64,000 nt of DNA from Bryobacteraceae bacterium (GTDB lineage: Bacteria; Acidobacteriota; Terriglobia; Bryobacterales; Bryobacteraceae), in the NCBI GenBank assembly GCA_963668605.1, contig OY764903.1:2341246-2405245 (forward strand), in the 5' to 3' direction. Below, piece by piece: positions 9,033 to 17,320 of the stretch. Position numbers and translations under genes: made by a program. Below the pieces are notes generated by a model that saw only the letters and a list, made by a program, of their open reading frames with translations, made no database searches and was not told the origin of the DNA. Numbering within the stretch: the first letter of the stretch is position 1; each line of letters opens with the position of its first letter.

Positions 9033-10196
9033 ATGAAGGCAATTATGGGCAAACTCGCCCTTCTCGTTTTTTCCCTTTCCATTTTCGCAGGCCTGTCGCT
9101 GGCCCAGACGTCGTCGCTCGAAGGCGATGTCAAAGGCGAAGATGGAGCGATGCTGAAGGGCGCTCTCGTAAAGATCGAGCGCACGGACATCAAGGGCAGC
9201 TATAAAGTCAAGACGGACAAGAAGGGCCACTACTTCCACACCGGCCTGCCGCTTGGCATGTATAACATTACTGTCGAAGTGGACGGAAAAGATAAGGATT
9301 TCGTGAAGGGCGTTCGCACCCGTCTCGGCGATCCCACACCGGTTAACTTCGACTTGCAGCGCAAGGCGCAGAAATCCCAGGCCCTCGCGAAGGCCGCCGA
9401 AAGCGGCACGCTCACCAAGGAGCAGGCTCGCGAGATGAGTCCCGAAGAGAAGGCCGCCATGGAGAAGCAATTGAAAGAGCGCTCCGCGGCAATGGCCAAG
9501 AACAAGGCGTTGAACGACGCTTTCAATCAGGGCATGGAAGGGCTCAAGGCCAAGAACTTCGATGTCTCCATCGAGGCGTTTAACAAGGCCGCCGAGATGG
9601 ACGCCAAGCAGCACGTGATCTGGGGCAACATGGCCGAAGCGTACATGGGCCTGTCCGGCACAAAGACCGGCGCCGAACAGCAGGCCGCCTTCGACAAAGC
9701 GATGGACGCTTACAAGAAGGCTCTTGAATTGAAACCGGACGACGCGGCCTATCACAACAACTTCGCGCTGGCCCTCGCCAAGCAGAAGAAGTTCCCCGAA
9801 GCGCAGGCCGAACTTGAAAAGGCCGCGCAGATCAACCCCGCGGGCGCTGGACAGTATTACTACAACCTAGGCGCAGTGCTCGTCAACATTGGCCAGTTGG
9901 AACCGGCCGGCGAAGCCTTCAAGAAGGCGATCGATTCCGACCCCAAGTATGCCAACGCGCAGTATCAGTATGGCGTCTATCTGATCTCGAAGGCGACCAC
10001 GACACCGGATGGCAAGATCATCCCGCCGCCGGGAACTAAGGAAGCGTTCGAGAAGTACCTCGAACTCGAGCCGACCGGGCCGTTCGCCGATGCCTCCAAG
10101 GGCATGCTGGAAACGATCGGCACCACCGTGCAGACGCAGTACAAGAACCCCAATCCTCCGCCAGCGGCAAAGAAAGCCGCGCCGAAGAAGAAGTAG
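9033..10196 (+). CDS. secreted TPR-repeat protein with N-terminal CarboxypepD_reg-like domain
   Basis: Signal peptide, then LEGDVKGEDGAMLKGALVKIERTD...YNITVEVDG, several TPR units and a Lys-rich tail. GGAGG SD lies 9 nt upstream. Confidence 0.8.
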   Translation: MKAIMGKLALLVFSLSIFAGLSLAQTSSLEGDVKGEDGAMLKGALVKIERTDIKGSYKVKTDKKGHYFHTGLPLGMYNITVEVDGKDKDFVKGVRTRLGDPTPVNFDLQRKAQKSQALAKAAESGTLTKEQAREMSPEEKAAMEKQLKERSAAMAKNKALNDAFNQGMEGLKAKNFDVSIEAFNKAAEMDAKQHVIWGNMAEAYMGLSGTKTGAEQQAAFDKAMDAYKKALELKPDDAAYHNNFALALAKQKKFPEAQAELEKAAQINPAGAGQYYYNLGAVLVNIGQLEPAGEAFKKAIDSDPKYANAQYQYGVYLISKATTTPDGKIIPPPGTKEAFEKYLELEPTGPFADASKGMLETIGTTVQTQYKNPNPPPAAKKAAPKKK

Positions 10197-10207
10197 TTAC
10201 TCAAAGC

Positions 10208-10232
10208 GGGGGCGTTCCCAACGGACGCCCCC
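10208..10232 (+). terminator. GC hairpin GGGGGCGT...ACGCCCCC followed by TTTCTC
   Basis: 8-10 bp stem 12 nt after the TPR stop. It ends only 6 nt before the next ATG (10239). Confidence 0.5.
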
Positions 10233-10238
10233 TTTCTC

Positions 10239-10520
10239 ATGATTCGTTTCCTCGTCTTTTGCCTCGTCTCCGTCTTCCTGATCACACTGGTCAGAGCTTT
10301 CATCGGTATTATCCTAAAAGGTTTCGCCGAGCTTATGAATCCACATGAGCAGGACAGCGCCACGGCGGGCGCTCAGCAGGTTCCGGCCGGCGGAGTGCTT
10401 CGCAAGGACCCGGTCTGCGGCACCTACGTCGCCGAAATCTCGTCCACCAAGCTCACCGTCAAAGGCGAAACCATCCATTTCTGTTCGAGCGAGTGCAGGG
10501 ACAAGTTTACGAAGACCTAG
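10239..10520 (+). CDS. membrane-anchored YHS/TRASH-domain protein
   Basis: N-terminal TM helix plus DPVCGTYV...GETIHFCSSECRDKF, a metal-binding YHS/TRASH pattern. Confidence 0.7.
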   Translation: MIRFLVFCLVSVFLITLVRAFIGIILKGFAELMNPHEQDSATAGAQQVPAGGVLRKDPVCGTYVAEISSTKLTVKGETIHFCSSECRDKFTKT

Positions 10521-10553
10521 GTCCTGGAACCACTTCCCGCGAGGGACAACTCA

Positions 10554-11600
10554 ATGAAGCTCCATGTGATTGCAGAACGTCTTGGCTGCCAACTGGAAGG
10601 CGATGGCGCAATCGAAATCAGCGGCGTCTCGGGCATGGAACAGGCGGCGCCGGATCAACTCACTTTTCTCGCGAATCCAAAATACGCGCATAAAGTTAAG
10701 CACACGCGCGCCGCTGCGATACTGGTGACCGAACGCGTCCAGGATCTGCCCATCGCGTCACTGATCTCCGCCAACCCCTATCTCGATTTCGCACGCGCAC
10801 TGGCGCTCTTCTACCAGGCGCCACGGCCGGCGCCCGGCATCCATCCGCTGGCCTCGATCGCGGCTTCCGCGGAGGTCGGCGCGAATGCGTCCATCGGCCC
10901 ATTCGCCGTAGTCGGGGAACGGGTTCGCATCGGCCGCAACGCTGTGCTGCACCCGCATGTGGTCGTCTATGAGGGCGCGGTGATCGGAGATGATTTTCTG
11001 GGGCATTCCGGCTGTGTGGTCCGCGAATTCTGCCAGATCGGCAATCGTGTCATTCTGCAAAACGGCGTCATCGTGGGCGGCGACGGCTTCGGCTTTGCCA
11101 AACGCTCCGACGGCACGCACAGCAAGATTCCGCAGTCCGGCATCACGGTGATTGAGGACGATGTCGAGATCCAGACGCTGAGTTCGGTCGACCGCGCCAC
11201 AGTCGGCGAATCGCGCGTCAAACGCGGCGCCAAAATCGACAGTCTGGTTCAGGTGGGCCATGCCTGCGTCGTCGGAGAAGACAATATCATCTGCGCGCAA
11301 ACGGGTCTCGCCGGGAGCACGATCCTCGAAAAGAATGTGCTGCTGGCCGGGCAGGTCGGCGTCTCCGGGCATCTCACAATTCACGACGATGTGATTGTCT
11401 ATGCGCAGAGCGGCATCGGCGGCGACCTCAAGGCGGGCTCCGTTGTTTCCGGCTCGCCGGCTTTCGAGCGCAACGACTGGCTGCGCGCGATCACTGCCTT
11501 CCAGCGTCTCGGGGACATCCAGAAGACGGTGCGACAATTGGAGAGAAAACTTGCGGCCCTCGAAGCCGGCACGAAAAGGAATCCCACAGAGCATGAGTGA
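10554..11600 (+). CDS. lpxD: UDP-3-O-acylglucosamine N-acyltransferase
   Basis: LpxD-type N-terminal domain (QLTFLANPKY) followed by a long left-handed hexapeptide-repeat region. Confidence 0.9.
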   Translation: MKLHVIAERLGCQLEGDGAIEISGVSGMEQAAPDQLTFLANPKYAHKVKHTRAAAILVTERVQDLPIASLISANPYLDFARALALFYQAPRPAPGIHPLASIAASAEVGANASIGPFAVVGERVRIGRNAVLHPHVVVYEGAVIGDDFLGHSGCVVREFCQIGNRVILQNGVIVGGDGFGFAKRSDGTHSKIPQSGITVIEDDVEIQTLSSVDRATVGESRVKRGAKIDSLVQVGHACVVGEDNIICAQTGLAGSTILEKNVLLAGQVGVSGHLTIHDDVIVYAQSGIGGDLKAGSVVSGSPAFERNDWLRAITAFQRLGDIQKTVRQLERKLAALEAGTKRNPTEHE

Positions 11601-12390
11601 ATTTGTACGCCCTCCCCGTCCTCCCGTCGCGTATAAGGATGAGCAGTTTCTGGACAGCTCCGACGCGCGGGCGCTGCGAATTCTCTCGGAGTTTCTCAAG
11701 CCGCTGAACCATTTCAAGCGCGAAAAAATCCACGACACGATCGTGTTCTTCGGTTCCGCGCGCATTCACGACGACAACGGTCCGATGTCGCGCTATTACC
11801 GTGAGGCGCGAGAACTCTCGCGCATGCTCACGGAATGGTCGGACGCTCTGGAGAATTCGCACCGCCGCTTCGTAGTCTGCACAGGCGGAGGCCCCGGCAT
11901 TATGGAGGCGGCCAATCGCGGCGCGTACGATGCGGGTGGCAAGAACGTGGGGCTTAATATCGGCCTGCCGTCCGAGCAGTGGCCCAATCCCTACATCACT
12001 CCGGAGTTGTGCTTCGAGTTCCACTACTTCTTCATGCGCAAGTTCTGGTTTGCGTATCTGGCCAAAGCGCTGGTCGTATTCCCGGGTGGTTTCGGCACGC
12101 TCGATGAACTGATGGAACTGCTCACGCTCGCGCAAACACAGAAGCTGCAGAAGAAGATCGTGATTCTGCTGTATGGCGAGTCGTTCTGGAAAGAGGTTCT
12201 CAATTTTGACGCGATGGTGCGCCACGGAGTCATCAGCAAGTCGGATCTCGATCTGTTCAGCTTCGCCGACGACCCGGCCACTGCCTTTGAGTTCCTGAAA
12301 TCTGGTCTCACGCGCTATTACCTGAACCCGGCAGAGCCACTTCCGGAGCACGAGGAGAAGACGCCAGCCATCGCTAAGTCGCGGATCTAG
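11593..12390 (+). CDS. LOG-family (TIGR00730-like) nucleotide phosphoribohydrolase
   Basis: GGGPGIMEAANRG and PGGFGTLDE motifs. I chose the start at MSEFVRPP, which overlaps the lpxD stop by 8 nt. The track start at 11395 lies inside lpxD. Confidence 0.85.
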   Translation: MSEFVRPPRPPVAYKDEQFLDSSDARALRILSEFLKPLNHFKREKIHDTIVFFGSARIHDDNGPMSRYYREARELSRMLTEWSDALENSHRRFVVCTGGGPGIMEAANRGAYDAGGKNVGLNIGLPSEQWPNPYITPELCFEFHYFFMRKFWFAYLAKALVVFPGGFGTLDELMELLTLAQTQKLQKKIVILLYGESFWKEVLNFDAMVRHGVISKSDLDLFSFADDPATAFEFLKSGLTRYYLNPAEPLPEHEEKTPAIAKSRI

Positions 12391-12429
12391 AACCAGACCC
12401 GTTATGTTAGCTATGTCACTGTCTTTGAA

Positions 12430-13182
12430 ATGGTTATTCCTCGCGTACTGACCGGACTGCTACTCGCCTCGACCGCATTCGGCTGGAGTGCGCGAGGCCA
12501 TCGCATTGTCGCGATGATCGCGGAAAAGCATCTTTCGTCCAACGCGGCTTTGCATGTACGCGAACTCCTCGGCCCAGACTCGATGGCGTCCGTGTCGGCG
12601 TGGTCCGACAAGGTTCGCGGCAACCGGCGCTATGGTTCGAGTTGCCATTTCGTAAACATCCCGGTCGAGGCGAGCAATCCCGACCCAGACCGTTTCTGTC
12701 CCGCAGACGGTTGCATTTTCTCGAAGCTCGACGAATTTGCCGCAATGCTGCGCACCACCTCCGGCAAGTCCCCGGAACGCGTCGATGCGCTGAAATTCGT
12801 GATCCACTTCGTCGCCGATCTGCATCAACCACTGCACGTCGGCAATCAGGGCGACCGCGGCGGCAACGATCGCCAGGTGAGATTCTTCGGGAAACCCACG
12901 AATCTGCATGCGGTCTGGGACCGCGAGCTGTTGCAGCGCGTATGCGGCAACGAACGGAAGTGCGTCCAGCGTCTCGAAGGCACGGCGCAGGCTCGCTGGT
13001 CCGGCGGCTCCACGCACGAATGGACGCTCGAGTCGTACTCGGTGGCGCGCAACGTGGCCTACGTCAATCTCAGCGCGAACCTGGGAGATGCCTATCTTGC
13101 GCAGTGTGCGCCGTCGGTCCTGGTGCAGTTGGAAAAGGCAGGTCTACGGCTCGCCGCTCTGCTCGACGAGATGTGGAAATGA
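12430..13182 (+). CDS. secreted S1/P1-family nuclease
   Basis: Signal peptide followed by WSARGHRIVA, SWSDKVR, HFVADLHQPLHVG and GGND motifs. Confidence 0.85.
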   Translation: MVIPRVLTGLLLASTAFGWSARGHRIVAMIAEKHLSSNAALHVRELLGPDSMASVSAWSDKVRGNRRYGSSCHFVNIPVEASNPDPDRFCPADGCIFSKLDEFAAMLRTTSGKSPERVDALKFVIHFVADLHQPLHVGNQGDRGGNDRQVRFFGKPTNLHAVWDRELLQRVCGNERKCVQRLEGTAQARWSGGSTHEWTLESYSVARNVAYVNLSANLGDAYLAQCAPSVLVQLEKAGLRLAALLDEMWK

Positions 13183-13390
13183 CTGCCGCGCCGGACCGCG
13201 CGTTGCTTTTCACTATGCCATCGCTAGGACACGCATCGGCGCATTGCGCCTGCTCCGCGAAGCCGAGGCACTCCGTGCAAAGATGCGGGTTGATGCGATA
13301 GACCGGGTAAGCTATAGAAATCGCGTGATTCGGGCAGACGTGCAAGCAACTCCCGCAACACTCACATTTTTCCGTGATCCAATATGCCAT
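13070..13390 (-). CDS. 2x[4Fe-4S] ferredoxin (YfhL-like) with low-complexity tail
   Basis: MAYWITEKCECCGSCLHVCP...CTECLGFAEQAQCADACP. The tail overlaps the convergent nuclease gene by 113 nt. The track start at 13453 is a TTG inside the promoter region, so I rejected it. Confidence 0.7.
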   Translation of the reverse strand: MAYWITEKCECCGSCLHVCPNHAISIAYPVYRINPHLCTECLGFAEQAQCADACPSDGIVKSNARSGAAVISTSRRAERRAVDLPFPTAPGPTAHTAQDRHLPGSR

Positions 13391-13445
13391 CACTCGGTCC
13401 TCATTCCGAAGTCTCTCCAGTATATTGCAATATTGCAGCTCCGGC

Positions 13446-13461
13446 TGTGACAAGAGTCACT
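13446..13461. promoter_or_regulatory. CRP/FNR-type dyad TGTGACAAGAGTCACT
   Basis: TGTGA-N6-TCAC(T), with one mismatch to a perfect dyad. It sits in the divergent ferredoxin/polyferredoxin intergenic region. Confidence 0.5.
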
Positions 13462-13496
13462 GCCGCGGCGTGGGTCCCGCGATATCCTGAAGGCAC

Positions 13497-14543
13497 GTGG
13501 CGACGGCGACTCCAACCTTGGCAACGGCAAGAAAAAAGCTAGTCCGTCGAGGTGCGCCCGACAGTTCGCAGGCCTTGCGCCGCACGATACAGCTCCTCTT
13601 CTTTGCGCTCAACGTTTGGATTGGCGTGCAGTTCTTCCTCTTCGTGCGCTACTTCGAAAACGGCGGACAGGGTCTCCGCGTTTCGCGTCCGCCCGGCGTG
13701 GAGGGCTGGTTGCCGATCGCCTCGCTGATGAACCTGAAGGTGCTGCTGCTGACTGGATCGGTGCCGCAGATCCACCCCGCCGGGCTGTTTCTGTTGCTCG
13801 CTTTCGCCGGAATTTCGCTGCTGCTGCGCAAAGCGTTTTGCAGTTGGCTGTGCCCCGTGGGAACGCTTTCGGAGTACCTCTGGAAGCTCGGCAGAAGAAC
13901 GTTCCGCCGCACTTTCAGTTTGCCGCGTTGGGCCGACATTCCTGTCCGAGGACTGAAATACATCCTGCTTGGGCTGTTTCTCTATGCCGTGTTGAGCATG
14001 CCTGTCCCCGCGATCCAGGACTTTCTCGGTGGCCCCTACGGCATCATCTCCGACGTCAAGATGCTGAACTTCTTTCGCTTTCTGCGCGTAGCCGGCACGG
14101 TGATACTGGGGATCCTGGTGATCGCCTCGATCTTCATACAGAATTTCTGGTGCCGCTATCTGTGCCCCTATGGCGCGTTGATGGGCTTCTTCAGCATGCT
14201 CAGTCCCGCAAAGATCCGCCGCGCAGCCGATCCCTGCATCGATTGCGGCAAGTGCGCCAAAGCGTGTCCATCGCTGCTTCCCGTCGACAAGCTGATCACG
14301 ATCAACTCAGCGGAATGCACGGGCTGCCTGGAGTGCGTTGCCGTCTGCCCGGCCGAAGGCGCGCTGGCGCTGTCCTTGCCGTCCAAGCGGCCGATTCCTG
14401 CTTGGCTCATGGCGGCAGGCATCACCTGCCTGTTTCTCGGCGTCGCCGGATACGCGCGACTGGCGGGCTACTGGCACACGGAAATCCCGGATCAAGTCTA
14501 TCTGGAACTGATTCCGCACGCGAACGAGTTCGGTCATCCCTGA
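13497..14543 (+). CDS. NapH/MauN-like membrane polyferredoxin (4Fe-4S binding)
   Basis: Multiple TM helices, CSWLCPVG and CRYLCPYG motifs, and two C-terminal CxxCxxCxxxCP motifs. GTG start. Confidence 0.8.
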   Translation: MATATPTLATARKKLVRRGAPDSSQALRRTIQLLFFALNVWIGVQFFLFVRYFENGGQGLRVSRPPGVEGWLPIASLMNLKVLLLTGSVPQIHPAGLFLLLAFAGISLLLRKAFCSWLCPVGTLSEYLWKLGRRTFRRTFSLPRWADIPVRGLKYILLGLFLYAVLSMPVPAIQDFLGGPYGIISDVKMLNFFRFLRVAGTVILGILVIASIFIQNFWCRYLCPYGALMGFFSMLSPAKIRRAADPCIDCGKCAKACPSLLPVDKLITINSAECTGCLECVAVCPAEGALALSLPSKRPIPAWLMAAGITCLFLGVAGYARLAGYWHTEIPDQVYLELIPHANEFGHP

Positions 14544-14583
14544 TAGATCACTCTTCTTCGACGTTGACACTTGAAATGCTCTC

Positions 14584-14682
14584 GCCTCCGGTCGCTGGCG
14601 CCGTTCCCGGTGTGGCGCCGGGGGTGGCGATCCGATTGACACGGACGCATTCACGGTGCTGGGAGCGCTAGCGACCAGAGGC
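14584..14682. repeat. long-hairpin intergenic repeat, family 2
   Basis: GCCTCCGGTCGCTGGCGC... pairs with ...GGGAGCGCTAGCGACCAGAGGC. The arms match the 17363-17449 element. Confidence 0.6.
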
Positions 14683-14826
14683 TGCAATTGCACCATATTT
14701 CGTCGATGCGAAGAATTTCCACCTTCGGACGCTGGCGCGGCAGTGTTCAACATCCGCGGCAATTCCCTAAATAATTCGAAAAAATCTGCCGCCGATCGCC
14801 TTCTTCGTGCGTAGTTATGTAGTGAG

Positions 14827-15366
14827 ATGGGCGGAATGGCGGAAACACTGACGGTAGCTGGCGCGAGGGACGACGCCGGCTTCGCGGCTCTCGTGCGCCA
14901 GCACCAGGCGATGGTTTTCAGTATCGCCTACCACTTCTTCATGGACCGCGATGCCGCCGAAGAGTTGTCCCAGGATGTTTTTCTGAAACTCCATCGCAAT
15001 CTTCCCGGCTTGAAGTCGCCCGAGCATGTCACTTCGTGGCTGCGCAAAGTGACTAGTCACCGTTGCATCGATCTCGCCCGGCGCCGCAAGGTCTGCGCAT
15101 TTCTTGGGCTCGACCAGGTGGCGGAACCGGCTGCGCCCGTGCCGGAGTGCGATCCGCTGCGCTCGGAATTTCTGAAACGGCTGGTGGCCTCGCTTCCCGA
15201 ACAGGCGCGCCTGCTGATTATCTTGCGCTATGAGGAGGAGATGCCGGTCGAGGAGATCGCGGCAACGCTCGGCATCAAGTCCGGCACGGTGAAGAGCCAG
15301 TTGAATCGTACGCTCGCGGTTCTGCGTGAAAAAGCCGGCCGGGCCATGGGAGAGAAAGCAGTATGA
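14827..15366 (+). CDS. ECF-subfamily RNA polymerase sigma factor
   Basis: Region 2 (AEELSQDVFLKLHRNL, WLRKVTSHRCIDLARRR) and region 4 (EEMPVEEIAATLGIKSGTVKSQLNR). Confidence 0.9.
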   Translation: MGGMAETLTVAGARDDAGFAALVRQHQAMVFSIAYHFFMDRDAAEELSQDVFLKLHRNLPGLKSPEHVTSWLRKVTSHRCIDLARRRKVCAFLGLDQVAEPAAPVPECDPLRSEFLKRLVASLPEQARLLIILRYEEEMPVEEIAATLGIKSGTVKSQLNRTLAVLREKAGRAMGEKAV

Positions 15367-15665
15367 ACATCGAAGACAATTTGCGAGCGGCGCTTCGTCG
15401 TGAAGATCCGCATCCGGGCTTCGCGAGCCGCGTACTCGAGCGCATGCCGCCGCGCCGGAATCACGCGTGGCGGCATTGGCGCTGGGCTGCTGCTGCGGCC
15501 GTCTTGGCTGTGTTCGTCTTCTCCGGGGTTGAGTACCGCCGCGCACAGCAACGGACGGCTGGCGAGCGCGCAAAGCAGCAGTTGATGCTGGCGTTGCAAA
15601 TTACAGGGTCGAAGATCCATGTTGTGCAACAGAAGATTCAAATGTTAGATCACGAAACGAACTGA
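15363..15665 (+). CDS. putative single-pass anti-sigma factor
   Basis: ATGA overlap with the sigma gene and one TM helix (WAAAAAVLAVFVFSGV). The call rests on position only. Confidence 0.55.
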   Translation: MNIEDNLRAALRREDPHPGFASRVLERMPPRRNHAWRHWRWAAAAAVLAVFVFSGVEYRRAQQRTAGERAKQQLMLALQITGSKIHVVQQKIQMLDHETN

Positions 15666-15673
15666 GGACTCTT

Positions 15674-16228
15674 ATGAAGTATCTGATTTCGCTGTGCGCG
15701 CTATGTGGCTTGTCTGCGTTCGGGCAGCCAATCAAGTTTCCGCCAAGCTTCGAGAAGCTCTCCAAGATCGCGGTGGAATCCGTCGATCTGAATCTGGATG
15801 CCAGCATGCTTAAGATGGGATCCGGATTCCTCTCCAACAAGAAGCCCGACGAAGCCAAGGCCAAGGATCTCGTTTCGAAGTTAAAGGGAATCCACATCAG
15901 AAGCTTCGAGTTCGACAAACCCGGACTGTACCAGGATTCCGACGTCGCTGAGTTGCGCGCGCAATTTCAAGCACCCGAGTGGTCGCCAATGCTCTCCTCC
16001 GTATCGAACAAACAAGGCAAAGCAAAGGAGACCGTGCACATGCTGATTCGCACGGAGAAGGGTCAGAAGACCGGATTCGTGATCGTGGCGGCTGAACCGA
16101 AGGAACTCACGGTGGTCTATATCGAAGGCCAGATCAATCCGGATGAACTCGGAGCGTTAGGCGGGAATTTTGGAATTCCGAAGATTGAGGCGTTTCACGG
16201 GACGCCGCAGTCAAGCAGGAAGGAATGA
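15674..16228 (+). CDS. DUF4252-like secreted protein
   Basis: Signal peptide, GAGGA SD, and a sequence pattern (IESVDLNLD...GIHIRSFEFD...VIVAAEPKELTVVYIEG) that I associate with DUF4252, a frequent partner of ECF sigma genes. Confidence 0.6.
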   Translation: MKYLISLCALCGLSAFGQPIKFPPSFEKLSKIAVESVDLNLDASMLKMGSGFLSNKKPDEAKAKDLVSKLKGIHIRSFEFDKPGLYQDSDVAELRAQFQAPEWSPMLSSVSNKQGKAKETVHMLIRTEKGQKTGFVIVAAEPKELTVVYIEGQINPDELGALGGNFGIPKIEAFHGTPQSSRKE

Positions 16229-17270
16229 AAACGCAGCGCGGATCCGACGCCATGTAGTCGCCCGTCAGTGCGTAAGAACGCGAACGCGAGCCGCCGCACA
16301 GGTTCTTGAATTCGCATTCGCCGCACTTGCCCGTAAGCGCGTCCGTATCACGTAGTCTCCGGAAGAGCGCCGAATTGCGGTAAACGTTCCCAATGTGTTC
16401 GAGACGTACGTTACCCGCGCTCAAGGGCAGGAAGCCGCTCGGAAGAATCTCGCCGGTGTGCGAGATGAACACGAAGCCTTTGCCGTCGTTGATCCCGGCT
16501 TGCCGCTGAATGATGCCGGCGGGCATTCCGGCAGGCCGTCGCTCTGCCCCGCCCTCAGCTTTGCGGCGCTGCGCGACGTAGCGGCGGTAGTGTTGCGCCT
16601 CAGTGGTCTTGATGTCGAAAGCAGCGGTCTTCGAGAGTTCATAGAGATACTCGAAGACCTGCTCGTACTCTTCCGCGCTCAAGTCGTCTTCGTGCAGCGC
16701 GCGACCCGTCACCACCAGGAAGAATACGCTCCACAGTTTCGCTCCGGCGGCGCTGACGTGTGCGGCAATCTCCGGCAGACGCTGCCGGTTGTGACGCGTG
16801 ACAGTGGTGTTGATCTGCGTATCGAGTCCGGCACGGCGTGCTTCGTCGAGTGCGGAGACGGTGCGCGCGAACGAGCCCTCGACACGGCGGAATCCGTCGT
16901 GAGCCGCGGCGTCGGGTCCATCCAGGCTAACAGCCATACGCGCCACTCCGCAGGCTCGGAACCGCTCAATGGCCGTAGCGTCGAGCAGCGGCGTCGCGCT
17001 GGGCGTCACGGTCGTGCGCAGGCCCAGTCGTGCGCTCTCCGCCAGCAATTCAAATAGATCTGGGCGCTTCAAGGGGTCGCCGCCGGTGAAGACCATCAGC
17101 GGATCGCCGAACTCTTTAATCTGCGCGAGCAGCCGGAAGCCTTCCGCTGTGCTTAATTCGAGAGGGTGGCGTAACTCCTGCGCCGATGCACGGCAGTGCA
17201 AGCACGCCAAGTCGCAGGCTTGCGTAACTTCCCAGATCACCAGAAACGGGGCTTCGTCGAAGTTCCGCAT
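16134..17270 (-). CDS. radical SAM/SPASM-domain enzyme (AhbD/NirJ-like), orphan
   Basis: CDLACLHC radical SAM cluster motif, and a C-terminal SPASM region GKCGECEFKNLCGGSRSRSYALTGDYMASDPRCVF. Confidence 0.85.
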   Translation of the reverse strand: MRNFDEAPFLVIWEVTQACDLACLHCRASAQELRHPLELSTAEGFRLLAQIKEFGDPLMVFTGGDPLKRPDLFELLAESARLGLRTTVTPSATPLLDATAIERFRACGVARMAVSLDGPDAAAHDGFRRVEGSFARTVSALDEARRAGLDTQINTTVTRHNRQRLPEIAAHVSAAGAKLWSVFFLVVTGRALHEDDLSAEEYEQVFEYLYELSKTAAFDIKTTEAQHYRRYVAQRRKAEGGAERRPAGMPAGIIQRQAGINDGKGFVFISHTGEILPSGFLPLSAGNVRLEHIGNVYRNSALFRRLRDTDALTGKCGECEFKNLCGGSRSRSYALTGDYMASDPRCVFIPSCLTAASRETPQSSEFQNSRLTLRVHPD

Positions 17271-17304
17271 AGCCCCTATTTTGAGGCTGAAACGCCGCGG
17301 GCGC

Positions 17305-17320
17305 TGTGACTGGGGTCACA
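17305..17320. promoter_or_regulatory. perfect CRP/FNR-type dyad TGTGACTGGGGTCACA
   Basis: TGTGA-N6-TCACA, with its centre 42.5 nt upstream of the rSAM ATG. Confidence 0.5.

Noticed and set aside
16134-17270. The orphan rSAM/SPASM enzyme as the anaerobic maturase of the CxAxR sulfatase at 57949-59400.
   Set aside because: The genes are 40 kb apart. The C-terminal CGGSRSRSYALTGDY...DPRC pattern looks AhbD/NirJ-like rather than like the anSME sequences I remember. This remains testable but is not supported by the sequence context.
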